Source: Neovahlkampfia damariscottae
Lineage: Eukaryota
Direction of reading: 5' to 3'
Assembly (NCBI GenBank): GCA_016618085.1
Contig: JABLTG010000013.1
Span: 1 to 64,000, forward strand
Length of the DNA: 64,000 nucleotides
The translations under genes were made by a program, and so were the position numbers. Under the pieces are notes generated by a model. It saw nothing but the letters and a program-made list of their open reading frames with translations, ran no database searches and had not been told where the DNA came from. Below are positions 41,460 to 52,970 of the stretch, in pieces (position 1 is the stretch's first letter; each line of letters opens with the position of its first letter).

Positions 41460-44380
41460 TTGGAGGTAGAAATTCAGGGGAACAGAAAAATAGAAGACTT
41501 TGAGACTATATTACAATGTCAGAAGTTACCATTCCCAAAGAAACTTTACCAAACAGGCATCAAGGTGAAACAGTATCCCATTCCTCACAGTTATCTTAAA
41601 TTTCTAAAAGAAAATACATTGGAGAAATTAAAAAAGGGTCAAGAGCAACAAGCAGCCAACAATTCAAGGATCAAGGGTCAATCTTCTCAACTTGTCTGGA
41701 TTACATCAAAAACAAATGGAAAATGAACAAGAGTTGATGATTTGAGAGTGTTAAATTCTTATATTCCACACCTTTCAAATATCCTTCCAAAGATCCATGA
41801 TTTATTCTCCAATCTAGGAAGCATTAAAAAGAAAAGATAATTGGCAAAGATTGACTTAAAGGATGAATTTCATAACCCTCTTGTTCATGAAAAAGACAGA
41901 GCTTTATTGGGTTTCGTCATTGATAATACCAGGTATGAATTCAAGAGTTTACCTCAAGGACTTAAATTAAGTTCAACTCTCTTTCATGGTGCAATTGACA
42001 ACATATTTACTGAAGAACAAAAAGGATTTACACTTCGTTATGTTGATGATTTATTGGTCACAAGCGACACAGTATATAGATGGTTTGGTCAAAAATGTGA
42101 CTCACAAAGAATCAGGTACCAATCAATGTTGAGAAGTTAGAGATCAATGTAACTAAACTCAATTTCTTGGGTCATGAAATAACATTTTCGAAAGATGGTG
42201 TGGATATTAAACCTGACTCAGCGAAATTAATTCATTTAGAGACAATGGAAAAACTACAAACATTGCAACATGTTCAAAGAGTCTATGGAAGCTTGAATTA
42301 TTTAAGGAATTATGTTTATAGATTCAGTGAAATGACTCATCCAATTACACAACTTATGAAGGGTGTAAAAGGAAAGAAAACGGGGATAACGTGGACAAAA
42401 GAATACCAAAAGGCTGTTGAAAATGTGTTGAGAGTACTCAAGTTGAATTGAGAACTTTAAGTCATGATATTCGGTGAAATGATCCAGAAAATGTTCATCT
42501 GACCATCGATACTGATGCATCTCAAATCCGAATTGGAGGATTTCTCTCATTTCATTTGAAGAATGATCCTGATAATGAAAAGATAGTTGCTTTCAATTCA
42601 CGCACTCTTAAAGGATCAGAATTAAATTACTCAGTAAGCTTGAAATAATGAGCATTGTATTCAACTTGGTCATTTACAAGCACTTTTTACTTGGAGGTCC
42701 AAATTTTACACTAAGGACTGATTCAAAGATTTGTGTTGATTTGTTGAAGAACTTGGAAAAGAAAAAGAACTTCCATCTCAATGGATGGATTTGATGTAGA
42801 ACATGTGCCAGGCAGTCAAAATAAACTTGCCGATGCACTCAGTCGGAAAATACTAGGGTACAACATGGTTGAAGATTCAATTACTACGAAAATCAGGCGC
42901 TTGAAGAAAAGGAGAAAGAACATGAAAGAATTCATCAAAACAAAACATGATGAGCAACATTATGGAGTGAATCAGACGTTCTAGTTCATTAGACATGTTC
43001 TCAACTGCAACGTGAGTTATGCTGCTGTGAGGCAGGTTGTACTTTCTTGTGATCGTTGCAGACCCTCAACAAAATCTCCATATACTTTAAGACAACCATT
43101 CAAATCATTTGTTGCGGAATATCCTATGCAGAAGTTAGTTGGTAATATTTTATACATGAATGAGAATGATGATGAAAAAGCAATTGTTTGCATCATTGAT
43201 ATGTTCACCAAATACTGTTGGTTATGAGTTTTACTGCTGCTGACACTGCAAATATTTTATTATCAATTTTTGCAAACCGTGGAGTTCCTCAAGAGAGGAT
43301 GAAATTTCCTGAATAGACTCAATGCTGAGCTTCAGGAAAAAATAATGTTAAATTTAGCATGAACATCAGGATTCTTCCAAGTATTGGAATTAGTCCTTTT
43401 GAGTTGATGTATGGTCGATCAGCATTCAATCGCAGATCAATGGAGAAAAATGGATCAATGAAGATGACTAGAAAGATCATCACGAAAAATTGGAGATATA
43501 TCAATCATTTCATTTTTCCAGTTACTAGAGACAGTTTAAAAACCAAATCTTCTTAGAAGAAGAAATGGTTTTCAAATTTGAGTTCCGGAGATATTGTGAT
43601 GGTTGAAAATACAAAAGCAACTAGCAAATGTCAAGAAGATATTTAGGACCTCTAAAAGTTAATTCAATCGAACATAACAAAGTTACTTTTGAGGATAAAA
43701 ATGAAGAGATCATTGGTGATTATCTTGAAGAAAGTTCTTCTCTCAAAAGGTGATTCTATCGTTCACAAGATTGAATTTGAGAATCAAAGATTGGATGAAG
43801 CTGCAAAATCTGCTACACAAACGGACATCCAAGTCTAACTTGAACTCCAAAAAAGTAAAAAAGTGGAGAGTAGGGTTCGGAAGCAAGTCAAGAAGACATT
43901 GAATAGATATGAACGCAGCATTCAATCTTTGATTGATTCTGGAGAAAGAAGAACAAAGAAACAATCTCAACAATGATTTTATTTTTACGTATTGTTTCTT
44001 TTGGTTTTATACCCTTGCTGATGGCAAATACAGTTGAATTGAATTGAGGAGAAATAACTCAAGCAACTCAAACACAGTCAGATAAAAGATTTTTCACAAG
44101 TGATTTCTTTCTCGTGTTTTTTTTTAAAATAAAGTACAGGCGTATCATTGTAGTCCTATAATGGATGTTACCATCCATGGGGGCAATGTAGAAATGAGTA
44201 TAAACTCATTGTTAATGACTATCAATTCTTGCTGCAATACTTGGACATAAGTATCTGTCAGTAGGCCAATCAGAGAGACTTATAGTTTCTAATAACTTTA
44301 GAACTTTGTGCGGCGAATAAACTCTTGTTTTTCACCGTCACCACTTATTCTGATTTATTCACACGCTCGTACTTGCTACA
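41460..44380 (+). mobile_element. Degenerate 5'-truncated Ty3/Gypsy LTR retrotransposon
   Basis: KIDLKDEFH, LPQGLK, RYVDDLLV, TDAS, HVPGSQNKLADALSR, HYGV..CDRC, IDMFTKY, SPFELMYGR; RT-RH-INT order. Confidence 0.88.
44187..44380 (+). repeat. 3' LTR (~194 bp)
   Basis: Purine tract GGGGGCAA immediately before TGTAG; ends CTACA; internal CCAAT, TATA-like and AATAAA elements. Confidence 0.75.
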
Positions 44381-44389
44381 CCGCTACAG

Positions 44390-46141
44390 AGAAATTAATA
44401 TAACAGAAAAATTAAAAAAGCTGGAAGATTCAGCGATGTATTGTTTCAAAAATCAAAAATATGAACATGCTGTAAAATATTGTCAAGAAGCAATAAAATT
44501 AAATCCAAAAGAATCAAAATTGTACATCACCTTAGGAATTTGTTTGAACAACCTTTATAAATTTGAAGACGGTTGGAAAATTCTTCAAGAGGCTTTGACA
44601 ATAGAAAAATCATCTGAAGTAACAAAAAAAAAGAAAATTTTACAACCCAGGGTTTTTATTATTCATTTCAAGCTTGTGTTGCGATTGGAAATTTGAAGGA
44701 AGCAGAAAAACAATTAAAAAATGCACAAGAAATTGAAAATGATGAAAAAATAAAAAATGAATTTAAGAAATTGGAAAAAATCAAGAAATACTGGAAGATT
44801 TTTAGTGATTATTTGAATATTGATTCAAATTTAAATGCACTTGATAATATCAATTTGATTTTGGAATTAGTTCCTCATTCAATTTTTTTTGAATTGAAAA
44901 AAGTTGAAACATTAATCAACTTGAAGGAATTTGATAATACAATTTCAATATTGGACGTTATATTAATGAAACAACCGAAAAATTCCAATGCTTTATTTTT
45001 GAAAGCTCAAAGTTTGTATTTGAATGGAAGTGTTCAAAAAACTATTAAAACTTTGGGAGAAATTGAACAACTTGATTCAAAAATGAATCAATTTAAAGAG
45101 AGTCTTGAAAAAATAGAATCATTTGAAAACGAAGCAATTAACTTATTCGATCAAAAGGATTTTAAAAAATCATTGGATAAATATTCGGATATTATTGAGA
45201 TACTAGTTCCTAAAGCTGATATCATGAATTCAAAAATATATTTTCAACGCTCTTGTGTTTTTGAATCACTGGGAAATTATAAATCAGCATTAGCAGATTT
45301 GGCAGTTAGTATCAAATTAAACCCAAAATTCAAGAAATCTTTCATTCAAAAATCAAGAATTTATGAAAATCAAGGCGAATATGAGAGTGCCATACTTGCA
45401 TTAGAGAGTTATGGTGGAAATAATGATGTGGAGATCTCTGACAAAATGGATCATTTGAGAGATCTATTGAAAGCTGATTTCAAAAATTACTTCACTATTT
45501 TGAATGTTGAACAGAATGCAACAAATGAAGAAATTTCTAAATCCAGAAGATTTTTGAGAATGAAAAATCATCCTGATATGTTTGTTGATCCAACAGAGAA
45601 AGAAGAAGCAGATATCAAGTTTAGATTGATTGAAGAAGCTTTTGAAATTTTAAGTGATCAGAAAACTAGAAAACAATTTGAAATAGATCTTGAAGAACAT
45701 TTGAAAAAAGAAAAATACAAACATATTCAATCAATTGAAGGAAAACCAAATTCTCAAAATGTTGAAAAAGTTGTTACTGATAAATTGAATTCATATCCAG
45801 GATTCAACAAAGAAAGAAATTTTTCGTTTCTAAATAATCCATTAAAATTCAGAGAACCAGTGGAATTTGAATCTTTCAATTATGATGATTTGAACAATGA
45901 ATTCGGATGTAGTGCAACTCTTGAAACTAATCCACCAAATTTTGAATGCATTGTGGAAGAAACAAAAGGAAAGCAAACTGGAAAAATATGCATTTCAAAT
46001 TATCAATCAATTACGAGAATGGATTATTATTCAAAATATTCTTTTGAAGAATTGGCATTTAGTTACTTCACTGAAGAATTGTTAAGTGAAGAATTTCAGA
46101 AATTGGCTCATTCTGAAGATTTTGAATCCCACAAGAATTAA
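44390..46141 (+). CDS. TPR + J-domain co-chaperone (DNAJC7-like) with C-terminal GLEBS-like motif; 5' end abuts LTR
   Basis: TPR repeats, intron 44619-44650, J domain NYFTILNV...KNHPD...IEEAFEIL, tail YQSITRMDYYSKYSFEEL. Confidence 0.8.
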
Positions 46142-46188
46142 AGTTTCAGCTTTATTTGAATGATCTCATGATGTAAGGTTATATTATC

Positions 46189-46307
46189 GCTTACGGCCAT
46201 ACTTAGGAGAATACACCGCATCCCGTCCGATTTGCGAAGTTAAGCTCCTACAGGCTCTCCTAGTACTAGGGTGGGAGACCACCTGGGAACCGGGAGTGTT
46301 GTAAGCT
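46189..46307 (+). rRNA. 5S rRNA gene
   Basis: GCTTACGGCCATAC...CCCGTCCGATTTGCGAAGTTAAGC...TAGTACTAGGGTGGGAGACCACCTGGGAAC...TGTTGTAAGC with complementary ends and an oligo-T terminator. Confidence 0.96.
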
Positions 46308-46494
46308 TTTTTTTGAAATTGAAAGATCCAACAAGCTTCTTTAGAATTGTCAAATGGCAATCATGATTGTGTAATCTTTCAATTTTTGACCTTTTTAGGA
46401 ATATTCTTAGTGATGGGTCACCAAAAGAAGGAATTCAAAACATAGGATTCATGATGTTGATAATATACCAACTGTTGTAGATTTGTTCAGACAT

Positions 46495-46680
46495 TCCTTA
46501 TGGAATTTGTTTTTTTTGTACTTTCAAATTTTCAACCTTAATTTTTCATTTTTATCGGTGATTCGTATTAAAAGTTAGTTAACAGCAGATTGTTCAAGAA
46601 GGCTTTCTAGAGATCTTCCTTCTGCTCAATTAAAGAATTAAAAGAAACATCTTAGCTCTCCAATTTACCTTCTTTTTTTG
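46495..46680. repeat. Diverged direct repeat of 48520-48705
   Basis: Shared blocks TTCAACCTTAATTTTT, TTCAAGAAGGCTTTCT..AGATCTTCCTTCT, TTAGCTCT.CAAT, CCTTCTTTTTTT. Confidence 0.65.
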
Positions 46681-46921
46681 TATTCTGGAATAAGTTTCAA
46701 GATCCAACAATTCACAACATTTTGGAATTCTTGATTATTACTTAATCCCTTCTTTTTGAAATAATTTTCATTGGTGTATTTTCCAGATGAAGTTTGAAGC
46801 AGCAAAAGCTTGGAAATGGTCAGAAATTAATAATTGTCCTGGTAGGATCATTTTAGAAACATTCGAAGAAAAATGAAAAAAGTTCCAACTAAATTGTAAA
46901 GATGACGTCATTTTATGATGA

Positions 46922-47260
46922 ATGAAGATAAAAGATCAAAAGGAAATTGTTTTAAAGCAGAAATGTTCAGAGTTCAAAAAAAAGATGGAGGAGAAATTTA
47001 AAATTACATTTGAAGATGATATCGATGATTTACCAACTAGTGTAGATATGTCAGTTATTTTTTCATTGAAACTTCAGAGTTCAAGATATTTAACAGAAGT
47101 ATTATTTTTATTAGGTGACATTTTACAACGAAGTCAAAATTTGATCAATGAATTTCAGATAGAATTGCTAAAGAAAATCCAAAACAACAAAAAATCATTC
47201 AACAAGGAAAAAAATCAAAGAAGAAAAAAGAGTTTCATTTTCAAAATATTTTTCAATTAA
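46922..47260 (+). pseudogene. Fragment resembling the AAR2 C-terminus
   Basis: KQKCSEFKKKMEEKFKITFEDDIDDLPTSVDM resembles the AAR2 tail; no intact upstream part. Confidence 0.3.
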
Positions 47261-47335
47261 GCTAATTTTATAACCATTGTCTAATAAACTTTGAATAAAA
47301 AAATGATATTTTTGTTCACCCATTTCAGCATTGAA

Positions 47336-48235
47336 TCATTCTTCAATAATTTGTTCAAAAAGTGCCTGCACCTCTTTATTTGGAATGATGAGATCACAAA
47401 CGTATTGTCCTTTAGAATTGAATCTAACTTCTTTTGTTGTTAAATAACCAGTAAAATAAAATAAATTCCAAATTGCTGATTCCCTAGTTTCAAGATTTTT
47501 CAAAGTCATTTGTTCATTAATTGTTTTGGTGATAAAACCACCTGAAATTAATGTTAAGAGATCTTTTTGAATTTCTATTGATTTTCCTGTTATAAGCTTT
47601 TTTACCAATGAGTTTTGAGATGTATTGATCCAAAATCATTTTAATTCACCATTTTCTTCAATAAATTTATTGATTAACCATGGATTGTATAAAGTTGATT
47701 GATAAATCTGATATCCATTGTACTATGGTTTGATAGAATCAAACGAAGTCATTTTTAAATCAGATTCCTGAATCATAAATTTAATTTCTTCATCTAAATA
47801 TCCAAAATAACTGCTATAACGCTGATTTAACATTGTAAATTCATTAAAGTTATTAACTCCAGTGAATAAATTTGATTTTACAATACGTAATATTCCAGTT
47901 AATATTGCTTTATGAAGATATCTATTATTTTTAAGTGTTGAACTGAATAACTTTCTCATAAAATTTGTTACTTCTTCTAAATATTTTTGTTTATCTTTAA
48001 CATAAGCCATTTGGAGAGGTGTATCATATTCATCTATCAATATAAAAGCGCGTTTTTGGTTTGAATATCTGTAAAGCATTTCAGAGAGAAATAAAAGTGA
48101 CGTTGAGATAAGTTTCATCCATTTCATCATCAAGATATCGATAAAAACGATTTTTTTCATCACTGTCTAGCTTTGAAAAAATATAGTCTTTGTGTTCTCT
48201 GTAAACTTCTGCAACAATGGCGCTAAATTCTCTGG
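47336..48235 (-). pseudogene. Bacterial-type AAA-ATPase-like (PF09820/DUF1703-associated) pseudogene
   Basis: FILIDEYDTPL, LTGILRI..SNLFTGVNN, W->stop before YNGY, LYNPW, FWINT, TGYLT, IPNKEV. Contains a stop and frameshifts; truncated at both ends. Confidence 0.8.
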
Positions 48236-48410
48236 TTACAAAAAAAATTTTACTTTTTTGTAAATCGTCGCAGAATTATTTCTTTTATTTTAAATTAAAA
48301 ATCAATTCAAATTTTTAGTTTTCATTTGGAATTGTAGAACACTCAAATTTCCAAAAAAATAATTCAAAATTCCTGAATTTTTTTATGACAACATTATGTA
48401 ATGTACTCAT

Positions 48411-48500
48411 GGGGCAATGTAGCAATGTATATATTGTTATATCTCCTTGTATACAGACAATCATATCATTACCTGGAAATACTTTTCCATAAACCCATGT
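48411..48500 (+). repeat. PPT plus LTR fragment related to 44180-44260
   Basis: CATGGGGCAATGTAGCAATG versus CATGGGGGCAATGTAGAAATG, with further patchy similarity. Confidence 0.55.
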
Positions 48501-49289
48501 GAAAAAAATGACACTGCAAATACCTTACTTTTTTTTTTGAAGTTTCAACAATTCAACCTTAATTTTTTCATTGGATTTGTTGATTGATATTTATTGTATA
48601 TTTCAGGTTTTTGTTTTCAAGAAGGCTTTCTGAAGATCTTCCTTCTTCCAAAAACAACTTAAAATTCAAATGACTTTAGCTCTTCAATCATCCTTCTTTT
48701 TTTGAAAAACTTTGGGTTATACCAAACTTAGGTTTTGTAAATGTTTAATGAATGGGTTAATGTTTGACTAACAGACCTCGTCATCAAGTTTGAATAGTGT
48801 TTCAGGATACTTTTGAAAAACATTTATGAAAGGATTTTCGTGTTCTATTACAGAATTGACAATAATTTGGGTCTCCAGATCTCAAGAAAGTGTTAAAACT
48901 ATGATGTTTCCTTTCTTTAGTTTCTTTGATGATGAATCTTGTTTGTGATTTTTCTTTTTGGCATTGACGAATTTTTTATCCAATCAACATTCATCACTTA
49001 TTTTCAACAATTTTGGACCATCATAACTACCATTATGAAGGGTTTACTCTTTTAAGAATTCTTAATGAAATTACATTGAACAAATTGTTGTCAGTGATTG
49101 AACCTTCATTCAAGAACTTTGAAAAATTCAAATCAATTTTTCTTCATGATTTTAAGTTCATTTTGACTGAAAGCTGCAATTATTTGGATTACCTAGATGA
49201 AAACAAATTAAATTTACATTTAATTGTGGAATTTAAAAATAGTTATTTTTTCAAACTTGATGATGCAACAAAAGCTTTCAATTCTCAAA

Positions 49290-50950
49290 GTTGATCATTC
49301 AAAGAGAAGTTTTTCGGAAAATTAATCTGAAACAAAAAACAAGTTTTTTTGAGATGTTATTTAACTCCAACAATGAGAAATTATACTTTAGAGATAAATC
49401 TACAACACAGTCCATTGTAGATTGCCCTAATGGTGTTCACTCAGAAATTACAGATTTTAAGAGTCATTCATTCTATTCTCCAATGATGCTTACGGGATCT
49501 ATTAAAGAATGGACAATAATCCAAAAAAGTACTTTCCATTCGGGTCAAAATTCATCTTCCATTATTGACAGTTTTATTGGACATGGAATTTGTGTAGGTT
49601 TTATTCGATATATTGTTGAAAACATGAAAAGTGAAAGCAGGAAATTTGAAAAATTCATCGCAATTGTGGAAAATGACAGGATCAAATTCAAGCATGTTGA
49701 AATTTTGATGAAACTGCAAATATAAAGTTTGATAAAACCTCCATCGAATTTCAATGCATTATGATGAATTTTAATTTTGATGTTGGTCTGGTAACATGTT
49801 CTTTGAAAAATATACTGTATTTCATGATGAACTTTTGATCAATGAATCAAAAGAAAACATACATATCAAGGGATTGCTTTCAGTTGATTTGTAGAACAGA
49901 TTTTGTTAAAAACATCTTAATCAATATTAATTTTATTTCAAAATCAGCTACACATGCTTAATATTAAGAATGTTAAAAAGGTGCCAACAACACAATTAGC
50001 TTTTATGTGTACAAAATGCATTGAAATACGAAATTTAAAAAGAGATTTAAGAATTGCAAAATTATCACAAAATTCGTCAAAGGTTGATGAGGTTAGTTTG
50101 GAACATGTAAATCTTAGTAAGCATCAAAGAGGTGCTTTTAAAGCAATGAGACATTTAAAATCAGAAGAATCACCAAATGGAATTGATCAAGAAACTTTGA
50201 TAGTTTAAATGGATTCTACCACTTATGCTTACAGTGTAAACTCATTTGTGGTTAATGTGGAATATTTTGAAAGGATAAAACATAATTATCATGTTTTCAC
50301 TTTGAATTGCTTGCAGAAAAAGAAAATGGTATTTGAAAAAAATTTTCAGTATTTTTAAATTTAATTTCAATTCCCTAACCTCCATCAGACCAAATTTCCA
50401 TCTTTTTAAATTTATCATCAAATATATTTGAGTTGTTGAACATGAACTCAAATCTCTGTTTCACAAGTTTGCTATCAATTATTCCTAAAAAAAAAAAAAA
50501 AAAATGCAGACAATCTGGTAAACATTTCAAAAATGCTGAAACTTAAGCATTTTTTTCAGAATTTTAAAGTGAATGGAAAATGAAAGTTGCTTATAACTTT
50601 TTTGCTTCATATCATGGTGCCAATAGATGTGATGCAATTGCTGGGAATAGCCATAATCTTCTTTATGTAAGAAAAACATTTTTTTAAAAAATATTATTTT
50701 AGAAGGCTGCAAGAGACAAAGGAATTTGGGCAAAGAAAATTGATATGATATTTACAGAATTATTAACAAACTCAATGAAGAAAATAAACAACTTGTTCAC
50801 AAATTTGAATCAGGAATCTTAAGAGAAGAATACTCGGAAAATAGATTAAAATCAAGTCCTTGGGGGAATATAGGATGTCAACAATGGCACAGATTTACTT
50901 AAAGTGATCCTGGGAAGTATTTGTTCAAAAATCTTATGGTACAGGTGCTC
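49290..50950 (+). mobile_element. Degenerate Sola-like/DUF7869-type DDE transposase relic with an inverted internal fragment
   Basis: CTKC...H...R, DN.GKHFKN, YNFFASYHGANRCDAIAG; minus-strand IWSDGG*...FKN fragment at about 50340-50400. Confidence 0.55.
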
Positions 50951-51498
50951 AGACTAAGATTAATCTTTTCAAGAAAAAAAAATAAAATTTCAAACTTACA
51001 TTTATTCAATGAATTCGAATCTAATTCTTACGATGTTATACCAGAATATATATCTTTATGAATGAATATAGGTTGGTTCTTAACATTTGTTCCAAAAGTT
51101 TTTAGTTTTGAAAATAATTTCAATTTATACAAATTCTTCCAATTGTTGTTTACGAATTTCTCATGGAAATTCATACAGTCAATATGTTAAAGAATTTCAT
51201 TGAAATCAAAGGATCAATGGAAGAACAATCCATTGAATTAAAGTTTCCTTTGTTCAGTCGAGATTCAATAGAGTTGAAAATGGATGGTCAGATGCGATTT
51301 CCCAATGACAAGAAAGATAAGTTTCAATCTGCAGAAATTCCTGCATCAACGAAAAATTTGAAGTTCAAATTCACATAATTGTTCACAAGTTTGATAATTT
51401 CTATTGTACCTAAAGAATGGTATTGTGTAGGTTATTGAGGCGCATTGAGGGTTTTACTTTTTGGGATCTGGATGACTTTGTGTAGTTGGCTGTAATAC

Positions 51499-51640
51499 AT
51501 GGCCGTAAGCGATAATGTAACCTTACATCATGAGATCATTCAAATAAAGCCATACTTAGGAGAATACACCTCATCCCGTCCTATTTGCGAAGTTAAGCTC
51601 CTACAGGCTCTCCTGGACCACCGGAATTGTTGTAAGCTTT
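51499..51640 (+). pseudogene. Rearranged 5S rRNA pseudogene
   Basis: 51499-51550 is the reverse complement of 46149-46200; 51549-51637 is a forward 5S copy with an internal deletion. Confidence 0.9.
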
Positions 51641-51810
51641 TTAATTTTTTAGAAATTATTTTTTATCTGTTTGATCTATTTTTGATCACTGCTAATTTCT
51701 CCGATTGGATATTTGATCTAAACTACAATTTGTTGGAAGTTTGAACTTCGTAGTTTAAAAATAACCAATGATTCATTTGTTGAGCACAAAAAAATAAAAA
51801 CCACTTTGAA

Positions 51811-52935
51811 ATGGGTGACGTTCAAGCTTTAGTAGTAGACAATGGTTCAAGAATGTGTAAGGCTGGATTTGCTGGAGACGATGCTCCAAGAGCTGTATTT
51901 CCTTCAATTGTCGGAAGACCAAAACAAAAATCAATCATGGTAAGAATGGGAGACAAAGAAGCGTACATTGGGGGTAAAGCTCAATCCAAAAGAGGTATAT
52001 TAACTTTAAAATACCCAATTGAACACGGTATAGTAACAAACTGGGATGATATGGAAAAACTCTGGCATCAAACTTTCTACAATGAATTAAAAGTTGCTCC
52101 AGAATATCATCCAGTACTTTTGACTGAAGCTCCACTTAATCCAAAAGCCAACAGAGAAAAAATGACACAAATAATGTTTGAAACTTTCTCAACACCAGCT
52201 ATGTACATCGCTATTCAAGCTGTTCTTTCAATATATGCTTCAGGCAGAACAACAGGTATTGTTTTAGATTCAGGTGATGGAGTTACACACACAGTTCCAA
52301 TTTATGAAGGATACGCTCTTCCACATGCTATTTTAAGAATGGATCTTGCTGGACGTGATTTGACAGAATATCTAATGAAAATCTTAACAGAAAGAGGCTA
52401 TTCTTTCAAAACAACAGCTGAAAGAGAAATTGTTAGAGATATCAAAGAAAAATTTTGTTATGTTGCTCTTGACTTTGATGAAGAAATGGTAAAAGCAGAA
52501 ACCTCAGGAGATATTGAGAAAACGTATGAACTTCCAGATGGAAATATTATCACCATTGGAAATGAAAGATTTAGATGTCCAGAAGTTCTCTTTCAACCAA
52601 ATTTCATTGGATTAGAATGTACAGGTGCTCATGAAACAGGATTTAACTCCATCCAAAAATGTGATACTGATATCAGAAAAGATTTATATCAAAATATTGT
52701 AATGTCAGGAGGTACAACTATGTTCGAAGGTATTGCTGATAGAATGACAAAAGAAATTGTTAACTTAGCACCATCATCAATGAAAGTTAAAGTTGTTGCT
52801 CCACCTGAAAGAAAATATTCAGTATGGATAGGAGGTTCAATTCTTGCTTCACTTTCAACTTTCCAACAAATGTGTATTTCAAAAGACGAATATGAAGAAT
52901 CAGGACCATCTATTGTCCACAGAAAATGTTTCTAA
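51811..52935 (+). CDS. Actin, divergent copy
   Basis: Full-length 374-aa intronless actin with substitutions at normally invariant sites. Confidence 0.93.
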   Translation: MGDVQALVVDNGSRMCKAGFAGDDAPRAVFPSIVGRPKQKSIMVRMGDKEAYIGGKAQSKRGILTLKYPIEHGIVTNWDDMEKLWHQTFYNELKVAPEYHPVLLTEAPLNPKANREKMTQIMFETFSTPAMYIAIQAVLSIYASGRTTGIVLDSGDGVTHTVPIYEGYALPHAILRMDLAGRDLTEYLMKILTERGYSFKTTAEREIVRDIKEKFCYVALDFDEEMVKAETSGDIEKTYELPDGNIITIGNERFRCPEVLFQPNFIGLECTGAHETGFNSIQKCDTDIRKDLYQNIVMSGGTTMFEGIADRMTKEIVNLAPSSMKVKVVAPPERKYSVWIGGSILASLSTFQQMCISKDEYEESGPSIVHRKCF

Positions 52936-52970
52936 TAAAATTTTTAGTTTCAATTGTTACTGCTTTTGAT

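Noticed and set aside
51499..51744. 81-aa ORF
   Set aside because: Translation of the rearranged 5S pseudogene.
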